From: an uncultured Acidobacteriota bacterium
GTDB lineage: Bacteria; Acidobacteriota; JAQAZP01
Direction of reading: 5' to 3'
DNA: 49,958 nucleotides
Assembly: GCA_963836075.1 (NCBI GenBank)
Contig: CAWIIB010000004.1
Coordinates: 1 to 49,958, forward strand
Part shown: positions 42,716 through 49,958 of the stretch, in pieces
Numbering within the stretch: position 1 is the first letter of the stretch
Layout of the letters: every line of letters begins with the position of its first letter
Notes under the pieces: generated by a model
What the model was told of the DNA's origin: nothing
Databases searched by the model: none
The model's input: the letters and a program-made list of their open reading frames with translations, nothing else
Translations under genes and position numbers: made by a program

Positions 42716-43564
42716 ATGACACTGCTGCAGGCGATCATTCTGGGCGTGATCCAGGGGCTTACCGAATTCCTGCCGATCAGCAGTTCGGGGCACCTGGTGA
42801 TCTCCCAGCGGCTCTTCGGGCTCACCGAACCGGGGATCGCCTTTGACATCAGCGTCCACCTGGGGACCCTGGCCGCGGTGGTGATCTTCTTCCGGCGGGA
42901 GATCGTCGAGGTCAACGGGGCCGCGGTTTCGGGGTGCCGGCGGCTGATCGCCCGGGAGGCTCCGTTCTCCCGGCTTTTTGCCGAGGAGCCGGGATTCAGG
43001 ATGGCCATGCTGCTGGCTGTCGGGTCGGTTCCCACCGCGATCATCGGCATCTGGCTCCAGACCTGCGTCCGACCAGCTCTTCTCCTCGCTCTCCACTGGC
43101 CGGCGGGATGCTGATGGTCACCGGGGTGATCCTGGTGGCCACCGGCGTGCTGCTCTGGCTGACCCGGGGGGCGGAGGCAAAGGGCCGGGGGATGAGCGGC
43201 TTCAGCCTGGGCATCGCCCTGGCCATCGGCGTGGTCCAGGGGCTGGCCATCATCCCCGGCATCTCCCGCTCCGGCTCCACCATTGCCGCCGGGCTGCTCT
43301 TCGGGCTGGACCGCAAGACGGCCGGAACCTTCTCCTTCCTCCTCTCCATCCCCGCCATCATCGGGGCGGCCCTGCTCCACCTGGTGATGGACGGGCTGGC
43401 GGACTTCGAGCCGCTGGCCGATGCTCATCGGCGCCACGGTCTCCTTTGCGGTGGGGTTCCTCTCCCTGGGCATCCTGATGCGGATCGTCGGACGGGGCAA
43501 GCTCTATCTCTTTGCGCCCTACTGCCTGCTGGCCGGGCTGGCGGTGCTGATCTTCAGCCTTTGA
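42716..43564 (+). CDS. uppP: Undecaprenyl-diphosphatase (BacA/UppP; frameshifted)
   Basis: [47 protein letters not shown]. Confidence 0.95.
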
Positions 43565-43839
43565 GCGACTGTCGGGATCGGTTCCCACTTCCTTCATTCC
43601 GAAGCGCCAGCCACTCCAGAACCGCGCCGGTCTCGCCCCGGCTTTCAATGGTCAGTCTGGGGGCTTCCCCGTCTTCACCGTCCCGGTACACCGAACGGGC
43701 CGTATCCGGGCCGCCCTCGTCAGGGGTGCCAAAGCGGGTGAATCCCTGCTCGACCAGCGAATAGCGGACCTCGTTGGCGTTCATGCCCAAGCGGATTCTC
43801 TTCGATGGCCGGCGGGAGTATTCGCTCAACGGTTTTCAT
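43554..43839 (-). CDS. Small hypothetical protein (uncertain)
   Basis: ORF of about 90 aa filling the gap between uppP and the next gene; no recognisable motif. Confidence 0.3.
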
Positions 43840-43995
43840 GGACAATAGTCCAATAGAGAGGAGCACGGCCATGGTTCCGGCGACTCTTCACGGGTCGATG
43901 TGGCACGCCGTGCCCCGGCGGCCCTATATTGATGGAAGAAACAGAAGTCCCGCCGTGCGCTGCGTTGCGGTCTGCCGGCAGAAGGAGTTTTCCCG

Positions 43996-45659
43996 ATGAA
44001 CCCCAGAGTCTTGTCCCTGTTCACTGCTTGTCCTTTTCATCCTGCTGACACCGGCCGCCCTGGCGGCCGACCCCTTCGACGGCTACACCCTGGTGGCGCC
44101 GATGAACTCCACCACCACCTTGCTGGTCGACATGGACGGCACCACCGTGCACAGCTGGCCCTCGCCTACAACCCGGGGCTGGCCGCCTACCTCAACGAGG
44201 ACGGCAGCGTGCTGCGCTCCGGGCGGCTGGGCAACCCGACGTTCAGCGCCGGCGGGTCGGGCGGGCAGATCATGCTCATCGACTGGGACGGCACCATGGC
44301 CTGGAGCTATCGAATACTCGCACGACGCTCCACTGCCAGCACCACGACGTGGAGATGCTGCCCAACGGCAACGTGCTGATCGTGGCCTGGGAGCTGAAGA
44401 GCCGGCAGCGAGGCGATGGATGCCGGGCGCAACCCCCGCTGGATCGTCGACGGCGAGCTGTGGCCCGACACGCATCATCGAGGTGCAGCCCGACCGGCGC
44501 CACGCGGCGGCACCATCGTCTGGGAGTGGCACGTCTGGGACCACCTGGTCCAGGACTACGACCCGGCACAGGACAACTACGGCGTGGTGGCCGACCACCC
44601 CGAGCTGATCGACCTCAACTACGTCGGCATCGGGGCGCCAGCGCCGACTGGACCCACATCAACTCCGTGGCCTACAACGCCGAGCTCGACCAGATCGTGC
44701 TCAGCGTGCACAACTTCGACGAGGTCTGGGTCATCGACCACAGCACCACCACCGCCGAGGCCGCCGGCCACAGCGGCGGCAACAGCGGCAAGGGCGGCGA
44801 CCTCCTCTACCGCTGGGGCAACCCCGCAGGCCTACGGCGCCGGCACCGCCGCGGACCAGCAGTTCTTCGGCCAGCACGACGCCCAGTGGATCGCCGAGAC
44901 TGCCCCGGGGCGGGCAACATCCTGGTCTTCAACAACGGCCCGGGCCGGCCGGAGGGCAACTACTCCACCGTGGACGAGATCGTGCCGCCGGTGGACGGCA
45001 GCGGCAACTACGCCCTGACCCCCGGCGAGGCCTACGGGCCGGCCGCCCAGACCTGGGTCTACACCGCCGCCCCGCCCACCGACCTGCTTCTCCTCCGGGC
45101 ATCTCCGGCGCCCAGCGACTGCCCAACGGCAACACCCTGATCTGCGAGGGGGACGGCAACTACATCTTCGAGGTGGATCCGGCCATGGTGACCCAGTGGG
45201 ACTACAACGCCTCGGCCCACGTCTTCAAGGCCCGGCGCTATCGCCCCCTCACTATCCCGGGCTGGCCCAGCTCTTCACCCTCGGCGGGTCGCTGACCTGC
45301 AGCCCCGATTCGGGCGTCCTGCCCTTCTCATCCCTCTTCACCGTCACCCTGGCCAACCGCTATGACGGGCAGATCCGGCGCCTGGCCGGGCGGATCGACG
45401 TCGGCCTGGCCAACGGGGCGAACTACCCCAGCTGGCGGGCGGGGTTCACCAACGTGGCTCCGGGGGAGAGTTACGTGGCGTCGTGGGTCCAGAGCTTTCC
45501 GGCCCTGGGGTCGCTGGTGGGGGACAACACCTTCACCCTGGTGGCCGAGGACGTCACGCCCGTCGCCCTACAACCAGCCGCCCTACCCGGCCGTCGGGTG
45601 ACACGGCCGTCGACGGGTGCGTGGTGAGCTGCGCCACAACCTCACCTGAGGCCCGATAG
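43996..45659 (+). CDS. Exported aryl-sulfate sulfotransferase (ASST)-like propeller protein with shared C-terminal domain (frameshifted)
   Basis: DGYTLVAP, QHHDVEMLPNGNVL, IVWEWHVWDHL, DWTHINSVAYN, GDLLYRWGNP, GQHDAQW, QRLPNGNTLICEG; shared CTD. Confidence 0.85.
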
Positions 45660-45845
45660 CTGCGTTGACGGCATACTCGAAATGCTCGCATACCAAAAGA
45701 GTATGCTGCGCTTTCTCCTCAGCTGTCGCCTTGCTCTCGAACCACAGGTGAGGTTGTGAAATCATGTTGCTTCGTTCCGCCACGGGGCCCGGAGCCTGGC
45801 GGAGCAAGTCTACGGAGTGGGCTGAGTTGAAAACGAGCGCAGGCC

Positions 45846-46947
45846 TTACTCCAGCTCCCCCTCGTCCTGCATCTGCTCCACCAGCTTCTTGACATTCTCG
45901 GTGGCCGAACGGCTGGTCACCAGGGTGCGCTTGCCCGAGCGGACCACCACCAGGTCGCTGACCCCCACCAGGGCCACCATCTCCTCCGGGTCCTCGCAGA
46001 ACACGGCGTTGGTCCCGGCGTCGAGAGCCGCGGATGCGGCCGGTGCCCCGGTTGCCCGCCCCGTCCGGCTGGTGGAACTGTTCCAGGGCCAGCCAGCCGC
46101 CCACGTCGCTCCACTGGAAGGCGGCCCGCACCATGCGCACGTCGCCGGCCTTCTCCATCACCCCGAAGTCGATGGAGATCTTTTCCAGCGGCTCGAAGGC
46201 GGCCCGGAGGTCGGTGACCCAGGCCGAGCTGCCGTCCGATGCCTTCAGCGGCTCCAGCCGCTCGGCATGGCCGGGGAGGAAGGTGCGGATGGCGGCGCTG
46301 ATGGCCGAGGTGCGCCAGGCGAACATCCCGCTGTTCCAGCTGTGACGGCCGGAGGCGACGAACTCACCGGCGGTTTCCTGGTCCGGTTTTTCGCGGAACT
46401 TGGCCAGCCGGAAGTGCTCGATCCCGTCATCGGTGGCCAGCGGGTCGCCGGCCTCGAGGTAGCCGTAGCCGGTGGCCGGGTAGGCCGGTGCGATGCCAAA
46501 GGTGTAGAGGGCGCCGCTCTCGCTGGCCGCGCGGGCGGCGGAGAGCAGGGTCTGCTGGAAGAGCTCCACCGGCTGGATCAGGTGGTCGGCGGTGAGCACG
46601 GCCATCACCGGGTCGCCGAAACGGGCTTCACAGAGCACGGTGGCCAGCGCCACCGCCGCCGCGGTGTCCCGGGCCACCGGTTCGCCGATCACGTTGGCCG
46701 CCGGGATCTGCGGGAGCTGCCGGCGGACCAGGCCGGCGTGCCGGCCGTTGGTCAGCACCAGGGTGCGCTCCGGCGGCACCAGGCCGGAGAGCCGGTCCAC
46801 GGTGAGCTGGAGCATGGTCCGGTCGCCGAACAGGGTGAGAAACTGCTTGGGTTTCGAGGGCAGGCTCAGGGGCCAGAAGCGGGTGCCCGAGCCGCCGGCC
46901 ATGATCACGGCCACCAGGTCTTTTTGCGGGTCGAAAGAGTCGGACAT
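45846..46947 (-). CDS. manC: Mannose-1-phosphate guanylyltransferase (frameshift near the C-terminus)
   Basis: VIMAGGSGTRFWPLS..PKQFL, EPVARDTA, TGYGYL, FREKPD, WNSGMF, ISIDFGVMEKA, WSDVGGW. Confidence 0.93.
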
Positions 46948-46971
46948 TGGTCGCTCCAGGGTCGGGTGTGC

Positions 46972-47829
46972 TCAGCAGCTGCGCCCGTAATCGTCCTCCA
47001 GGCGGACGATATCGTCTTCGCCGAAGTAGTCGCCGGTCTGCACTTCTATAAATACGCAGGGCGACGTCGCCGGGGTTGCGTACCCGGTGCCGGGCCTTCC
47101 GGGGGATGTCGATGGCCTCCCCGGCCCGGACAAGGAACTCGTCGTCGTTCAGGGTCACCAGCCCTTCGCCCTCGATCATCAGCCAGTGCTCGGCCCGGCG
47201 GTGGTGCAGCTGGAGGCTGAGCCGCTGGCCGGGGTCCACCACGATACGCTTGACCTTGTGCTCGGGGTGGTCCTCGAGCACGATGTAGTGACCCCACGGC
47301 CGGTAGTTCTCCCGGCGGCCGAGCACCTGGCGGTAGATGGCGAGACAGGATTCGGCCATTGTCAGGGCCCGAAGAAATCGTGCCCAGCAGCGGCAGGCCC
47401 TCCGGCGCGGCGCCGGGGTAGCCCTCGGTGAAGCAGGCGTCATTTCCCAGGCTGCGCCAGGCCGGTTCTTCCTCGGGGGGGCAGGGGCGGTGGATGGTGG
47501 TGAGCAGCGGCAGGTCGGACCGGGAGAAGAGGGCCGCGGCCGTCAGGCCGATATGATTGTGCACCAGGTCGAACTTACCCACGGCCTCCAGCACGCCGGC
47601 CAGTTGAAAGGCCTGCCTGACCCTGGGCGCCAGTTCCAGGTCTTTGTCCTGCCGGCCCGGAACAGACCACCAGCTCACTGCCTCCACTGGAGCCTTCGGC
47701 GGCAAAGAGGGTCACCTGGTGACCGTCGGCCGCCAGCGCCGCCGCCAGTTCGCCGATGACGCGATAGGGGTTCCCTTCCGCCGTCGGCGAGACGGCCCTG
47801 TCCAGCGGGCAGACCATGGCGATGCGCAT
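46972..47829 (-). CDS. GT4 N-terminal-like domain fused to a phosphomannose isomerase type II cupin (frameshifted)
   Basis: MRIAMVCP..LAADGHQVTLFA..FDLVHNH..LLTTIH, then RPWGHY..HKVKRIVVDPGQRLSLQLHHRRAEHW..GDYFGEDDIVRLEDDYGR. Confidence 0.8.
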
Positions 47830-48043
47830 CAGCCGCTTCTCCTTCTATTTCGGATTATGGCGGTGGAGAACGGCCTCCACCGGCCCTTGCGTACGAGCTC
47901 CCGACCCGCGGGGGCCACGGGAGGCCTGCTGAAGGAACAAATGAATATCTATGGTGCCTGGCACCATTCATCTTCATGGCGACGGCATGGCACCTGTTCC
48001 TTAAGGGTGTCGTTGGCGAAAATAGTCCTTTGTCGGCGGCAGG

Positions 48044-49228
48044 TCAAGGCCGCGGCTGTTCCTGCAGCCATTCGGCGATGGTTTCCACCAGCAGCGGGTT
48101 GAGCTCCCGGTCTTCGGCGTTGTACGTTGACGGCCAGCTGCGGACCCAGTTCTTCCGGCGGTGTCTGCTCGATCTTGAACACGTGGTCCGCCTCCGGGAA
48201 TGTCCTTCCGAACCACCGGCAGCCCTCGCTTGAGGGCCGCCGCCATCAGCAGGTCGGCATCGGGGTCCGGTTTGACCTGCATGTCCCGGTCGCCGTTGAG
48301 GATCAGTGCGGGAAGGCCGCTCTGCGGCCAGCGCCGCCGCCGGGTCGAAGACCAGTATTTCCCTGATAAAAGCCTGGGCCGCTTTCTGCTGGAAGGCGAG
48401 GGCCACCGAGAGGAGCCCCATGTCCCCGCCCAGCAGCGAAAGATCCATCTCCTCGCCGGCCGCGCAGTGCTCGAGCACCGTGCGCAGGCCGCCTATCAGC
48501 TGCTCTTCCTTCTCCGGGGTGGCCCCGCCCAGCCGGATCTGGGCGCGGATCTGTTCGATCACCGTATCCATCATCGTCCGGCCCGGCGTGGCCAGCAGGA
48601 TCAGCCCGGCCAGCGGCGTACCCGGATCCCCGGCCAGCCTGACGGCATGAATGCCGCCCTCGCTGTGTCCGGCAGGAAAGATCAGCCGCTGGTCCACATT
48701 GCCGCGGGAAGCCAGCAGGGCCAGGCCGGCCCGCTGCTCGGCCAGGTAGTCATCCCAGCTCAGCTCGCCGGGGAATTCGGTCTCGCCCGTGCCCCGCTTG
48801 TCGTAGCGCAGCACCACCACCCCGCGGCGCCCCAGGGCGTCGGCCAGCAGCTGCCCGCTGCCGTTGCGGCCCGGCAGCAGTCTGCTGTTCCAGTTCCGGT
48901 CGGTGGGCCCGCTGCCGGCGATGAGCAGCAGGGCGGGGAAGGGCCCGTCGCCGGCCGGGCTGGTCAGGGTGCCGTGGACCGTGGTGCCGGCCGCCTCGAA
49001 GGTCACTTCCTCGGCCACCAGGTCGTAGGCCGGCTCAAGGGTCACCGGTGACGGCACGGGTGCCGGAGTTTGAGGCGCCGGGGCCGCTGAGGGCGGCAGG
49101 CCGGGGGCCGGCGGCAGGGCTGGCCGGGGTGGAGCGGGTGGCGCGGGTGGCGCAGGTGGAGCAGGGGGATGGGGAACACAGCCGGTGAACATGGCCAGGA
49201 GCAGGAAAATGATCAGTGTGCGATACAT
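48044..49228 (-). CDS. Lipoprotein alpha/beta hydrolase with a Pro-rich linker (frameshifts near the C-terminus)
   Basis: Lipobox FTGC, PPA repeats, LLIAGSGPTDRNWN, RYDKRG, nucleophile GHSEG, NGDRDMQV. Confidence 0.88.
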   Translation of the reverse strand: MYRTLIIFLLLAMFTGCVPHPPAPPAPPAPPAPPRPALPPAPGLPPSAAPAPQTPAPVPSPVTLEPAYDLVAEEVTFEAAGTTVHGTLTSPAGDGPFPALLLIAGSGPTDRNWNSRLLPGRNGSGQLLADALGRRGVVVLRYDKRGTGETEFPGELSWDDYLAEQRAGLALLASRGNVDQRLIFPAGHSEGGIHAVRLAGDPGTPLAGLILLATPGRTMMDTVIEQIRAQIRLGGATPEKEEQLIGGLRTVLEHCAAGEEMDLSLLGGDMGLLSVALAFQQKAAQAFIREILVFDPAAALAAERPSRTDPQRRPGHAGQTGPRCRPADGGGPQARAAGGSEGHSRRRTTCSRSSRHRRKNWVRSWPSTYNAEDRELNPLLVETIAEWLQEQPRP

Positions 49229-49391
49229 ATGGGGGCCTCCGTTGTGTGATTCCAGGATACGGAGAGCGAACAATATTTATTCAAAATTCACCATTGAAGC
49301 GGCTCCGTTTGTGGCAGAATACCCCTATAGCCATCTCCAGACAATAACCGAAAGCCGGCCGGGGCTTGCCGCCCGTCGGGAGGCGTGACCG

Positions 49392-49958
49392 ATGAAGATG
49401 AAAAAGCACCTGCTCCTGCTGCTGTTGCCGCTGCTGGCCCTCTGCCCGACGGCCTGCTCGCTCCGGAGACGGCGGACGCCCAACAGCTGCCTGCCGCCTA
49501 CCCCCAGGACCTCGACCACCTGGAACCGGGTCCGGATCTGGCGGCCTGGGGCGATGACCTCGATGCAGCCCTGGCCCGGTCGGCGGGAGCTGCCGTCCGG
49601 TGCTCGCCCTCTATCGCGGTGCGGGGCATGGCCCGGGCGCCGGCGGGCTCACCGCCCAGCCGCTGCTGGCCGAGGCGGCCGAAGATCTTTTCTCCCCTGG
49701 TTCTGGAGGCCGATCCTGCCGGGGATGGCGTGGGCGGCAGGGTCTTCGATGCCGAGGGTCGGGACCTGGTGCAGCCGGTGGCCGCACTGCACACCCCGGG
49801 CGAGCTGGCCCGAATGATGATCGCGGCGCTCGACGCAGGCGAACAGGAGGCGCCGCAGTGGCTGCGCCTGGCCGCGGCCGAGAACATGGCCGGGGAGCGG
49901 GCGATGGTCTCGCTGGCCATGTTCTGCTACTGGGAGGGCGAGGCCAAGCTGGGCGATC
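49392..49958 (+). CDS. Exported or lipoprotein hypothetical protein, truncated by the window end (frameshifted)
   Basis: RBS GGAGG; MKMKKHLLLLLLPLLALCPTAC signal or lipobox-like N-terminus. Confidence 0.55.

Noticed and set aside
49050-49180. GC-rich short tandem repeats (GCGGGTGG-like)
   Set aside because: They encode the Pro-Pro-Ala linker of the lipoprotein hydrolase.

Overview
GC-rich bacterial chromosomal window spanning the replication origin. Minus strand: gyrB-recF-dnaN-dnaA, with a bipartite oriC flanking dnaA. Plus strand: rpmH-rnpA-yidD-yidC-jag-mnmE-mnmG-rsmG, two parS sites, parA-parB-bactofilin-selD (a selenoprotein with in-frame TGA and SECIS). An accessory block of about 13 kb follows (sulfatase, TolB-like propeller, PP2C phosphatase, three beta-helix proteins, an FG-GAP protein), then a split ATP synthase operon (b', b, delta, alpha, gamma, beta, epsilon; no a or c), a vapBC-type TA pair, a tandem protease/pseudoprotease, a ferritin-like gene, uppP, an aryl-sulfotransferase-like protein, manC, a GT-cupin fusion and lipoproteins. 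Many essential genes carry single-base indels, which I read as long-read consensus errors, so gene boundaries are stitched across frames and are approximate. The gene order is compatible with an Acidobacteriota- or delta-proteobacteria-like lineage (inference only). Most notable: (1) a roughly 115-aa C-terminal domain shared by five exported proteins with three unrelated passenger types, a candidate new sorting or surface-anchoring system; (2) two diverged copies of a roughly 250-nt rod-shaped element with compensatory base changes, a candidate new structured RNA or repeat family; (3) an orphan terminated, structured RNA upstream of the ferritin-like gene.
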